64,000 bases of DNA, taken from Synergistales bacterium. Its GTDB lineage: Bacteria > Synergistota > Synergistia > Synergistales > JAFGMB01. Below, piece by piece: positions 27,590-36,389 of the stretch. The notes beneath the pieces were generated by a model. That model ran no database searches. It had not been told where the DNA came from and was given only the letters and a program-made list of their open reading frames with translations. Both the position numbers and the translations under genes were made by a program. The DNA lies in the NCBI GenBank assembly GCA_963666205.1, contig OY762654.1, positions 1,568,001 to 1,632,000 on the forward strand, given 5' to 3'. Position 1 is the stretch's first letter, and each line of letters starts with the position of its first letter.

Positions 27590-28426
27590 TTAATCCAATT
27601 TTGAGATTTCTTCAATATCTTCCCTGCTGATACCGGAAAATACATGTTCCTCTGAAGGAAACTGTTTCTGCTTAACTTCCTCATTAAAACTCTGAAGCGC
27701 CTTGATGATCTCTTCTCCTATCTGCTTATACTGCTTTACAAACCTGGGTACAAACTTGTCAAAAAGGCCAAGCATGTCATGGAAAACAAGAACCTGTCCA
27801 TCACAATATCTACCCGCACCTATTCCTATCACGGGTATCGATAAAGCTTCAGAAACAGCCCTTCCCAATTCCTCAGGAACACACTCCAGTACAATGGAAA
27901 AAGCTCCCGCTTCCTCAAGATATTTCGCTTCATCAATAAGCTTCTTCGCCGATTCCAGACTTTTTCCCTGGACTTTGAATCCTCCAAGGAGAGAAGCTGT
28001 CTGAGGAGTAAGACCGATATGACCCTGTACAGGGATTCCTGCTTCCACTATTGCTCTCACTACTTCCGGCCTTCCTCCTTCCAGTTTAACGGCATCGCAT
28101 CCTCCTTCTTTCATCATACGGTTGGCGCTGGAAATAGCCTGTGATATGCTTTCGTTATAGGATCCGAAGACCATATCTCCAATGATCATGGCAGATGGCG
28201 CTCCTTTTACCACTGGACGAATATGGTGGATCATTTCGTCAGTAGTAAGAGAAACTGTCCCCTCATTTCCCAACATAGTCATTGACAGAGAATCACCCAC
28301 CAGGATAATCTCTATCCCGGCTTTCTCGACAAGAACAGCCTGAGAATAATCATAAGCCGTAACCATGGATATCTTTTCTTTGCCTTCCTTCATTTTCTGC
28401 ATCTTTTGAATGGTAAACTTTGCCAT
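27590..28426 (-). CDS. panB: 3-methyl-2-oxobutanoate hydroxymethyltransferase
   Basis: TAYD, LVGDS, VKLEGG, GHIGLTPQ, VLECVP, IGIGAG, DGQVLV.HD. Confidence 0.96.
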   Translation of the reverse strand: MAKFTIQKMQKMKEGKEKISMVTAYDYSQAVLVEKAGIEIILVGDSLSMTMLGNEGTVSLTTDEMIHHIRPVVKGAPSAMIIGDMVFGSYNESISQAISSANRMMKEGGCDAVKLEGGRPEVVRAIVEAGIPVQGHIGLTPQTASLLGGFKVQGKSLESAKKLIDEAKYLEEAGAFSIVLECVPEELGRAVSEALSIPVIGIGAGRYCDGQVLVFHDMLGLFDKFVPRFVKQYKQIGEEIIKALQSFNEEVKQKQFPSEEHVFSGISREDIEEISKLD

Positions 28427-28455
28427 TCTTTTCAAACCCCTTTCAGCTTTTAGAT

Positions 28456-28492
28456 AAAAAAAAGGCCGGGACCCCTTTTAGGGTCCCGGCCT
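28456..28492 (-). terminator. Attenuator terminator in the panB leader
   Basis: Minus strand AGGCCGGGACCC-TAAAAG-GGGTCCCGGCC followed by T8, about 30 nt before panB. Confidence 0.9.
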
Positions 28493-28510
28493 GAAGGTTG
28501 CGGCTAAAGG

Positions 28511-28612
28511 TTAAACGCCAACATCCACTCCAGGAAGGACCCTGCAGCTTAGGACATCGACTACTACAACAACGGCAAAAGATATTCTCTTCGTAACACG
28601 TGAACGGTCCAC
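28511..28612 (-). CDS. Valine-rich leader (attenuator) peptide, 33 aa
   Basis: SD AAGGGGAG, 8 nt, then GTG. Translation MDRSRVTKRISFAVVVVVDVLSCRVLPGVDVGV* has 11 Val codons including 5 in tandem. Confidence 0.85.
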   Translation of the reverse strand: MDRSRVTKRISFAVVVVVDVLSCRVLPGVDVGV

Positions 28613-28659
28613 TGGACTCACTCCCCTTGAAGGAATGCATAGAATGTGAATTGGTGGCA

Positions 28660-28688
28660 ATTCTATAGAAGATTGCCCAAAAGGTCAA
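28660..28688 (-). promoter_or_regulatory. Sigma70 promoter of the leader-panB-ilvE-liv operon
   Basis: TTGACC (28688-28683), 17 nt, TAGAAT (28665-28660). Confidence 0.8.
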
Positions 28689-28887
28689 CCCTTTTTTCAG
28701 AATTTTCATGAAAGATCTTGAAAAAATCTGCATAATCTCTTTAACATCAACCTTTACATTTACATCCTGACACTCCCATGACCCTTTACAGGAAATTCTG
28801 CATATTCTGTAATTCCCGGGGGATCAAAAGTCAAAAGAGGGCAAATGCACATCCATCTTACCTCTTTCATATTCATGGAAAACAATT

Positions 28888-30294
28888 CTAGAGCATTGCT
28901 TCTACGGCCATCCCGCTCTCCTCAAGCACTGACTGGGCGGCGACCAGTCCGCTGGAGGCAGCCTGCACAATTCCCCGGCTCACTCCGGCTCCATCGCCCA
29001 CCATGTACAGGTTTTTCACCCCGGGGACTTCGAGGGTACTTTTTAACTCAAGCCTGAGCGAATAAAGCTTTATCTCAACACCATAAAGGAGGGTATCGCT
29101 GTGGTTTACTCCAGGCATGATAATATTCAGGGCATCGAGGAACTCGACAATATCTACAAGATGTCTGTGGGGCAGCACAAGGCTCAGGTCACCAGGCTGT
29201 GCATTGGCTGTTGGCGCGACCATTCCCCGCCTGATACGGGCCTCTGTGGATCGTCTTCCATCCCTGAGGTCGCCAAGCCTCTGAAGTAGTATGCCTCCAC
29301 CGGCCAGCATGTTGGCCAGTTTGCCTATATGGGTAGCATAACCTATGGGATTACTGAAGGGCTGTGTAAAATTCTTGGTCACCAGGATAGCAAAGTTGGT
29401 ATTCCTGGACTTTGTCTCTTTGAGACTATGTCCATTGACTGTCACGAGGTTGTGGGACCGGCTGTATTCTGTTACAACGAATCCGGATGGGTTCATGCAG
29501 AAGGTTCGGCAGCGGTCATCAAAGGTCGGAGTATTGTAGAGACACTTCACTTCATAGAAGTGTTCCGTAAGGTCCTCACATACGCTATCCGGGACCTCCA
29601 CCCGGACTCCTATGTCCACAGGCATGGAAGCGATGGGCAGCTGAAGTCTGTTCACTATGTTCTCCAACCAGGAAGCCCCGTCTCTGCCAGGAGCTACTAT
29701 TACACTGTCAGCATGGTAAATTCCATCATCCTTTAAAATTACACCTCTGGCTTTTCCTTTTTCGACTATTATGTCCTTGACAAAGGTGTTGAGCATGATG
29801 TCACATTTTTCTTTAAGGTCAAGATACATGTTATTAAGAACTTCTCTGGAAGCATCGGTACCTATGTGACGGATCCTTGCAGGAAGTACCTTTATCCCGA
29901 CACTGGCCGCTTTGCGTATGGTTTCCTTGACAATGGGGCCGCCGGGTTCATAACAGTGGTTGTCTGCACCAAAACTGACAAAGGTTCTATCAACCATATC
30001 AATATACTGATCCAGTCTCCCATCACCTATGTATTCCTCGAGGTTGCCTCCGAATCCGGTGGTGAGGGTAAGTTTGCCGTCCGAGGCAGAACCTGCTCCT
30101 CCCCAGCCTGATACTACACTGCAGACGGCACAATTGACGCAGGTTTTGGCCTTTCCCTCAAGGACAGGGCAATGCCTTTCCTTGATCACCTTTCCCTTGT
30201 CGATTATGAGCACTTTTTTGTTGTGCTTCACAAGTTCTGTAGCCGCAAATATTCCCGCAGGTCCTGAGCCGACAATTATGGCATCGTATTTCAT
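28888..30294 (-). CDS. FAD-dependent oxidoreductase (uncharacterised COG2509-like)
   Basis: IVGSGPAG, G.GGAG..SDGKL, RHIGT, DIGVRVE, RTFC.NP.G, VNGHS, GDGAG.SRG. SD AAGGAG. Confidence 0.85.
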   Translation of the reverse strand: MKYDAIIVGSGPAGIFAATELVKHNKKVLIIDKGKVIKERHCPVLEGKAKTCVNCAVCSVVSGWGGAGSASDGKLTLTTGFGGNLEEYIGDGRLDQYIDMVDRTFVSFGADNHCYEPGGPIVKETIRKAASVGIKVLPARIRHIGTDASREVLNNMYLDLKEKCDIMLNTFVKDIIVEKGKARGVILKDDGIYHADSVIVAPGRDGASWLENIVNRLQLPIASMPVDIGVRVEVPDSVCEDLTEHFYEVKCLYNTPTFDDRCRTFCMNPSGFVVTEYSRSHNLVTVNGHSLKETKSRNTNFAILVTKNFTQPFSNPIGYATHIGKLANMLAGGGILLQRLGDLRDGRRSTEARIRRGMVAPTANAQPGDLSLVLPHRHLVDIVEFLDALNIIMPGVNHSDTLLYGVEIKLYSLRLELKSTLEVPGVKNLYMVGDGAGVSRGIVQAASSGLVAAQSVLEESGMAVEAML

Positions 30295-30470
30295 AACTTC
30301 ATTCTCCTTTAGAAGAATTGGGTTTCCTTTATTCAGTATAACCTTAGACCCTTCAAAATGCATATTCCCCCAAATGGGGATTTTCTCACCAGGAACAGTC
30401 GAAATCAAACGATCTTTTTAGGACTATTTTCAGCTATTTCATCTTATTCATAGAACACCCTGCGGTAAAT

Positions 30471-30730
30471 CGATTTTTGATTGCCGATTTTTGATTTTAG
30501 ATTAAAAGCAAAAGTCAAGAACATATTTGATGGGCTAAAGCGACATCCTGTATTTCGGAGGTAAAAAGGTGTTTGTTTTTTCTCGTGCAAGATGGAGTCT
30601 CATCTTGCGCAGTAATACAATGGTTTAACGGTTCCCTTTGTGAACTTGTCGACTCATATGCGGTAAAACAGGTTTTGCCTCTGCTTTCCGATTTTCCCGA
30701 TTTCAATGCAAAATCGCAAATCTAAAATCG
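30471..30730. repeat. About 260-bp quasi-palindromic element bounded by inverted heptamer arrays
   Basis: 30471-30491 vs reverse complement of 30710-30730 match 18/21. Nested inner stems share the same centre (about 30598). Confidence 0.55.
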
Positions 30731-31297
30731 TGTGCCTCCAAGTTCGGCATGGCGGAAGCAGTTGGTTATATGGTCGTTAACCATCCCCACTGCCTGCATG
30801 AAGGAGTAGACGATGGTGGGCCCCGCAAAGTTAAAACCCTGTTTTTTGAGATCTCTGCTTATCCTTTCACCCAGAGGTGTATATGGAGGAAGCTCGCAAA
30901 CTCTACTCCACGAGTTCTGTATGGGAATTCCATCCACAAAATTCCATATATAGGCATCGAAACTACCATACTTCTCCTGTACTTTGAGGAACTGTCCGGC
31001 GTTTCTGACGGCCGACTCCAGCTTTCTTCGATTGCGGATGATGCCTCTATTATCAAGAAGATGGCCTATTTTTTTTTCATCATACCTCGCAACCATGAAG
31101 GGATCAAAGTTATCAAAGGCTTCCCTGTAGGCCTCTCTCTTTCTCAGAACAGTGATCCAGCTCAGTCCTGCCTGGGCTCCTTCAAGAACAAGAAATTCAA
31201 AAAGGGTTCTGTCATCATGGACCGGGACACCCCATTCCTCATCATGGTAAGTCACATAAAGAGGGTCAGTTCCGGCCCAGTCACAGCGGGTTATCAT
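30722..31297 (-). CDS. tag: DNA-3-methyladenine glycosylase I
   Basis: RC.W, YHDEEWG.P, LEG.QAGLSW, IIRNR.K, G.VNDH...CF. Confidence 0.95.
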   Translation of the reverse strand: MITRCDWAGTDPLYVTYHDEEWGVPVHDDRTLFEFLVLEGAQAGLSWITVLRKREAYREAFDNFDPFMVARYDEKKIGHLLDNRGIIRNRRKLESAVRNAGQFLKVQEKYGSFDAYIWNFVDGIPIQNSWSRVCELPPYTPLGERISRDLKKQGFNFAGPTIVYSFMQAVGMVNDHITNCFRHAELGGTRF

Positions 31298-32212
31298 CTA
31301 TTCGTACCCCCGGTTGGTGTTGAGGGTCTTTAGCATGGCGTACATGGCTCTGGTATAGGGAAATTCATCTTCATTCCGGGCATATTTCAGAACCCCTCCG
31401 GGTATGGTTTCCACTTCCATCCGTCTTCCGGCCAGGTTGTCCTGAAGCATGGAGGGAATATTGGTGGCCGTCTTGCGGATGTTATCCAGAAAGGTGTCCC
31501 AGAGTTCTTCCATTTCCAGGTTTATTCCTTCCCTACATGCAGCCTCCACGGTCTCCCTGCCTATTTCCTTCATTAATTCCAGGATAAGGGGGCTTGAGAT
31601 AAGACCTTCATTATTAAGCCCTGTCATGGCTGCACAGGTGTTGACCATGTTGTTTATGGTGAGCTTCTTCCATATGAAAGGCCTTGGGTCTTCCACGTAT
31701 TTCACATTAAAGGCACTCCTTTTGAGGATTTCCATCACCCAGACCATATCATATTCTGCACTCCATGGCCCCAGGACGATCAGGGCGCCTCCTGCCTCCT
31801 GGACAACTCCGGGAGCACGCTTTATGGCTCCCCAGTGGGCAACTCCTGCAGCTACCTTTTCCTCCCCGAATATGGAGGAGAGGGTCTCGGCGTTTCCCAG
31901 TCCATTCTGAAGGGTAAGTACCACTCCTCCCTTTTTCAGAATGTCCCTTAGAGGGTCCAGTTCTTCAGTGCTGAAGGACTTTACCAGCACGATGATCAGT
32001 TCTGTGGGTTCAAGGTCCTGCACTCTGTCCGATACAGAAGAAAGGATATAGTTCCGTGAACTGCTCCTGTCTTCCGACTCTATGGTGAGCCTTTTTTTCA
32101 ATGCATCAAGAGTGGCTCCCCGTCTCTGGTAGACCTGCACTCTGAAACCTCCATCCAGGAGTTTCGAGGCAAATATGCTCCCCAGGGCTCCACAGCCTGC
32201 TATGGTTATCAT
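31298..32212 (-). CDS. panE: Ketopantoate reductase family protein (paralog 3)
   Basis: GCGALG, VKS, LQNGLG, WKKL..N, SMLQD...GR..E. Confidence 0.85.
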   Translation of the reverse strand: MITIAGCGALGSIFASKLLDGGFRVQVYQRRGATLDALKKRLTIESEDRSSSRNYILSSVSDRVQDLEPTELIIVLVKSFSTEELDPLRDILKKGGVVLTLQNGLGNAETLSSIFGEEKVAAGVAHWGAIKRAPGVVQEAGGALIVLGPWSAEYDMVWVMEILKRSAFNVKYVEDPRPFIWKKLTINNMVNTCAAMTGLNNEGLISSPLILELMKEIGRETVEAACREGINLEMEELWDTFLDNIRKTATNIPSMLQDNLAGRRMEVETIPGGVLKYARNEDEFPYTRAMYAMLKTLNTNRGYE

Positions 32213-33153
32213 GAGAGCATACCTTCATTGTGCGCAGCAGCCTCATCCATGGAACGGATAAGGGAATAGAGAGTCCTGGTGTAAGGGAATTCGGCCCTTT
32301 CTTTTGCCAGCTCGAGGATCTGGCCAGCTATGCTTTCTATCTCCGTCTTCCTTCCCTTCTCCACATCCTGAAGCATGGATGAACGGTTCCGGGCGGTCAT
32401 CTCCATGGTTGATACCACCATTTTCCAGAGTTCCCCGCCATCCAGTTCAACATCTCTCCGCCTCGCCGCCGCCCGGGTCTCTTCACATATCTTCTGCATC
32501 ATTGCAAGGACGGGCTCAGATTTGAGAAGATCACCGTTCCGAAGTCCGGTAAGGGCGGTAATGGTGTTTATGGTAGCGTTCACAGCCACTTTTTTCCACA
32601 GAAAGGGTTTGGGATCGGTGACGTAAGAGACGTTCAGACCAGCTTCTTCCAGAAGATCACAGACCCATTTCATGGAGGTTTCTTTCTTCCATGGACCAAG
32701 GGTTATCTGCCCATCCCCTCCCCATCCGATCACCCCGGGAGAGATGCGGAATGCCGCGTAATTTGTTATTCCTGCCGCTACTTTTTTTTCGCCGAAACCC
32801 TTTACAAGGGTTTCGGCATTACCCAATCCGTTCTGGAGGGTAAGAACCACTCCATCTTCTTCGAGAATACTGCTTACGGGAAAGATCTGACCTGTATCAT
32901 AAGATTTCACCAGAACAAGTACCAGCCGTGTTTTTTCAAGATCTGAAGGGTCATCAGATATTCTCTTTAAGGAAAAGGTCCTGGTACTTCCATCTTTATC
33001 TCCATTTATGGTGATACCTCTGTCTCTGAGGATATCAAAGTGGGAACCCCTTCTCTGAAAGGCCTGGACTTCAAGGCCTCCTTCTATCATTCTGGCTGCA
33101 AGGAGACTTCCAAGGGCACCGCAGCCAGCTATGGTAACTAACATAGGCTTCAC
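32209..33153 (-). CDS. panE: Ketopantoate reductase (paralog 2, most canonical)
   Basis: GCGALG, VKSY, LQNGLG, WKK..VN..IN, NRSSMLQD..KGRKTEI. Confidence 0.88.
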   Translation of the reverse strand: MKPMLVTIAGCGALGSLLAARMIEGGLEVQAFQRRGSHFDILRDRGITINGDKDGSTRTFSLKRISDDPSDLEKTRLVLVLVKSYDTGQIFPVSSILEEDGVVLTLQNGLGNAETLVKGFGEKKVAAGITNYAAFRISPGVIGWGGDGQITLGPWKKETSMKWVCDLLEEAGLNVSYVTDPKPFLWKKVAVNATINTITALTGLRNGDLLKSEPVLAMMQKICEETRAAARRRDVELDGGELWKMVVSTMEMTARNRSSMLQDVEKGRKTEIESIAGQILELAKERAEFPYTRTLYSLIRSMDEAAAHNEGMLS

Positions 33154-33173
33154 TCCTCAGGAGAAGATCTGAG

Positions 33174-34100
33174 CTAGATGTTTCCCCTGCTCAGATCAAT
33201 GGCTTTAAGCAGGGAGTACATGGTCCTGGTATATGGAAAATCATTTTCATCAATTCCATATTTGAGTATCTCCCCTGCAATACTGTCTACTTCCATTTTC
33301 CTTCCTGTCTCCATATCCTGAAGCATGGAAGGTTTGTGATCAGGCGCTTTTTTCAGATTTTCCATAAAAAAAGCCCATATCTGGTCAAGATCCAGATCTA
33401 CACCTGCTCTTTTCCCCGCCTTAACTGCCTCTGAACCTATTCTTTTCATAAGTTCCAGAGAGAGATCGCTGTTATAGACCTCAAGGGGAGACATACGCGT
33501 GAGAGCAAATGTGGGATTGGCCATTACATTCATTACCAGTTTCTTCCATATAAGAGGCCTGGGATCCTCGACGTATTCGATCCGAATACCTGCGTTTTTG
33601 AGAATCCCTGCTATCCAGGACATTTCTTTTTTCCCGGATCTGGACCAGGGACCATAGGTTATGGCTCCCTTAAGCCCCTCCTTAACCACTCCAGGAGACA
33701 GGCTTACCCCTCCATAGGTGGTTATTCCTGCTGCTACCCGACCTTCTCCGAAGATATCTGAAAGTTTTTCGGCATTTCCAAGTCCATTCTGGATGGTCAG
33801 GACAATTCCGTCAGGATCCAGTCTCTCCTTGAGGGGAAAGATATCCGAAGTGCTGTAGGATTTCACCAGAACGAGGATCAGATTTGATGGAGACAGTTCC
33901 CATGCCTTATCCGAAACTGCGGCAAGAGGGAAGGTTCTCACCTCCATATTCTCTTCGGATACAAGGGTAATGCCCTGATCTTTCAGTACTTCCAGAGTTT
34001 TACCTGCCCGCTGAAAGACCTGTACCTGTAATCCCCCCCCGATCATATGGGCCGCCAGAAGGCCTCCAAGGGCACCACAGCCCGCTATGGTGATCAGCAT
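33174..34100 (-). CDS. panE: Ketopantoate reductase family protein (paralog 1)
   Basis: GCGALG, VKSY, IQNGLG, WKKL..N...NP, PSMLQD...GRK.E. Confidence 0.85.
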   Translation of the reverse strand: MLITIAGCGALGGLLAAHMIGGGLQVQVFQRAGKTLEVLKDQGITLVSEENMEVRTFPLAAVSDKAWELSPSNLILVLVKSYSTSDIFPLKERLDPDGIVLTIQNGLGNAEKLSDIFGEGRVAAGITTYGGVSLSPGVVKEGLKGAITYGPWSRSGKKEMSWIAGILKNAGIRIEYVEDPRPLIWKKLVMNVMANPTFALTRMSPLEVYNSDLSLELMKRIGSEAVKAGKRAGVDLDLDQIWAFFMENLKKAPDHKPSMLQDMETGRKMEVDSIAGEILKYGIDENDFPYTRTMYSLLKAIDLSRGNI

Positions 34101-34189
34101 TTTCCTGCCCCCTCTAAAAAAACACGAAAGTCCCCGAGCATAAAACCCGGGGATCCATTTTGAATTCCAATATCAAGGTTACCATAAAA

Positions 34190-34681
34190 TCAGTCGATAA
34201 ATTCACGTATGAAAGATTCCATAGCTCCATCAAGGATACCTGCGTGTTTCAATAACTTGAGTTCAGGATCATTAATAAAGGTTCCAGCAAAAAAAAGGGC
34301 AGAGTTTATTATGAGGTTTCCTTCCTCAATTCCCATGAGATAACCCACATAATGGAGATTGGAGGCATAAAAGCGGTTCCTGAAATCTTCAAGCTCGTTG
34401 CCTGTATCCAGAGGAGCTTCGTATACCCCCCCATCCATACATTCCACAAACCTGTCAACACATGGAGCTGTAAAACTGAAAAAAACAAGTTTTCCTTCCC
34501 TGTTCATCTGTTCAAAAACGGAGCTCCGGCTGATATCGATGGATACAGGCTGATCCCCAAGTTTTCCAACAATGTAAACGGAGCTGAAGGGATCGACGAA
34601 TTGATCTACCTCAAAATCTACAAGGCTATCGATAAATCCCTCAAGGTCAAATTTTTCGAGGGAAATTTTTAAAAGTTCCAT
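34190..34681 (-). CDS. Hypothetical acidic protein
   Basis: 163-aa ORF with SD AAGGAG, co-oriented between neighbours. No motif recognised. Confidence 0.7.
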   Translation of the reverse strand: MELLKISLEKFDLEGFIDSLVDFEVDQFVDPFSSVYIVGKLGDQPVSIDISRSSVFEQMNREGKLVFFSFTAPCVDRFVECMDGGVYEAPLDTGNELEDFRNRFYASNLHYVGYLMGIEEGNLIINSALFFAGTFINDPELKLLKHAGILDGAMESFIREFID

Positions 34682-34708
34682 CCATTTTTCTCTCCTTTAA
34701 CTGCAGTA

Positions 34709-36238
34709 TCAGAAAAGCAGGGTCTGCCTGTCTTTTTGCTCTGCAGCAAGCTGATAGGTACTCCATCTTGCAGAACCGAACCTGTCCAGGAGGCTGTAAT
34801 TCACAAGTTCTGAAAGTTCTCTCGTAGCGATCCGCGAGTCAACTCCTGTAAGCCTGCAATAATCACTGTTATTGATCCATCCCGTGTGCTTGATATGAGC
34901 GAGGGCATATCTCTGGCTCTCCGTAAGGGTTTTCCCCCTGTTGATTATATCCAGCCATTCCAGGGTTGGTCCATCGAAAAGGGTTCTGTTAGAAAGGACC
35001 AGCCGGAAACGGGCAAGGTCCACCTTGAAACCGGGAGGGGAAAGACGATCTTTCCTGCATGATGTCATTATGGCCGCAAGCCCCGATCCCCTGTTCTCAC
35101 ATAGAGGTCTGGATTCACCGGATGGAGAAAGATTTTCCAGGATGTTCATAAGGATCTCGTTTCTGGATGATTGTACTCCCACCTCTCCAAGGCTATCTGG
35201 TAGGATAGCCCCGTAAATGCCTCCCGGACTTATGATTTCAAGCCTGTCGGGGAATATGAGCATCTGTACCTGACATACCCTGGCCTGAGGGGAATAATCC
35301 CTGTGACCCAGAGCATTTATAATGCCTTCCCGGATAACTTCTTCAGGATATTCCCAGCGTTCTTCCCTGAACATTCCCCTTATGATGTCCCTTCTCTGCA
35401 TATTTCTCTTTGCGGTTTTTATAGTCTGAAAAACAATTTCAGAAATTGGACCTTCAATTTTGACATTATCGAGGAATCTCTCTCCCTCAGGGCCGATCTC
35501 TCCGGCAACAGGTGTGGGAAATCTCATCAGTGTAACGCAAAGGGAGGGAAAGAATTTCTGTGGGTAGGGGGCAAAACATAGCCATCCCGCAAGAGATACA
35601 ACATATTTCCCGTATCTGTCTCTGACAAGAACCTTGGAGGCCTCGAGGATCTCCTGGTCAGTCCACTTTGAAAATGGCGTGCCTGAGCGGTTTTTCATTC
35701 TCTCCAGAAATCCCTTTAACAGAATTGGATCCAGGTCTTTAAGGGAAGTACCTTCCATGGGTTCCCCATCATACCGGGGACTGGAGGAACTTTCTGTGAT
35801 TGACTGTATCTCGTAGGAAGAAAGGACCCGTTCTCCGTCACCTGCACGAATATAGGATCCCGTAAATATTCCCTTTCCCCTGTAATAACAGGGTTTATCT
35901 TCTGGTGGAAGCTCTCCTATCTCGACAAGAAGGATGTCCTTGTCGAGAATCCTGAATTCCTGAACAAGGGGACCGAGCCTCGGTGACATCTGGGAACAGA
36001 GCACATCTATTTCTTCCTGAAGATAGTGGCTCCTCTTCACTCCCGAAATTTCGAAACCGTTTTTTTCGTCCAGGCCAAGTATAATTGCCCCTCCACCTGG
36101 TGAATTGGCAAAGGCAGAAAGGGTTTTCCAAAGATCCTTCGGAAGTTCCTTTGTCCCTTCTATAGTCTGTACAGGTATCTTGTCGTGGATTCCTGTCTGA
36201 AGGTTCTTGATTAGGTCAAGCAATTCATACCGTGTCAT
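34709..36238 (-). CDS. AlbA_2 (Schlafen-like) + HATPase_c_4 (RecG C-terminal-like) + HTH protein
   Basis: SAFAN..GG.IILG.DE, PCY, Y.R.GD, EYP...IRE.I.NA..HRDY, DRLEI.SPGG, SRN, E.RGSG, C-terminal IN..Y HTH. Confidence 0.88.
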   Translation of the reverse strand: MTRYELLDLIKNLQTGIHDKIPVQTIEGTKELPKDLWKTLSAFANSPGGGAIILGLDEKNGFEISGVKRSHYLQEEIDVLCSQMSPRLGPLVQEFRILDKDILLVEIGELPPEDKPCYYRGKGIFTGSYIRAGDGERVLSSYEIQSITESSSSPRYDGEPMEGTSLKDLDPILLKGFLERMKNRSGTPFSKWTDQEILEASKVLVRDRYGKYVVSLAGWLCFAPYPQKFFPSLCVTLMRFPTPVAGEIGPEGERFLDNVKIEGPISEIVFQTIKTAKRNMQRRDIIRGMFREERWEYPEEVIREGIINALGHRDYSPQARVCQVQMLIFPDRLEIISPGGIYGAILPDSLGEVGVQSSRNEILMNILENLSPSGESRPLCENRGSGLAAIMTSCRKDRLSPPGFKVDLARFRLVLSNRTLFDGPTLEWLDIINRGKTLTESQRYALAHIKHTGWINNSDYCRLTGVDSRIATRELSELVNYSLLDRFGSARWSTYQLAAEQKDRQTLLF

Positions 36239-36389
36239 GTCTGATCGGCTCCTTCACAGGTTGAAGTATCCTTTTAAAGAATTATCTCATTTCTTGACAG
36301 GTACATCAATTCAGTCTTTAGATTCATTAAGAAACAGGGATTCACCGGAAAGTTCCAGATAGTATAAGAAATAAACAGAGGTTCAGAAT

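Noticed and set aside
28456-28655. T-box or pan RNA motif as the panB leader
   Set aside because: No T-box GGTGGNACC sequence was seen, and the leader-peptide model explains the SD, Val run and pairing. An Rfam scan was not possible.
28443-28733. 96-aa track ORF upstream of panB
   Set aside because: It spans the promoter and terminator with no SD. The real signal is the Val-rich ORF in another frame.
30505-30687. 6S RNA
   Set aside because: The size fits, but it is AT-rich, loosely paired and has no clear promoter. Cannot be supported without a covariance search.
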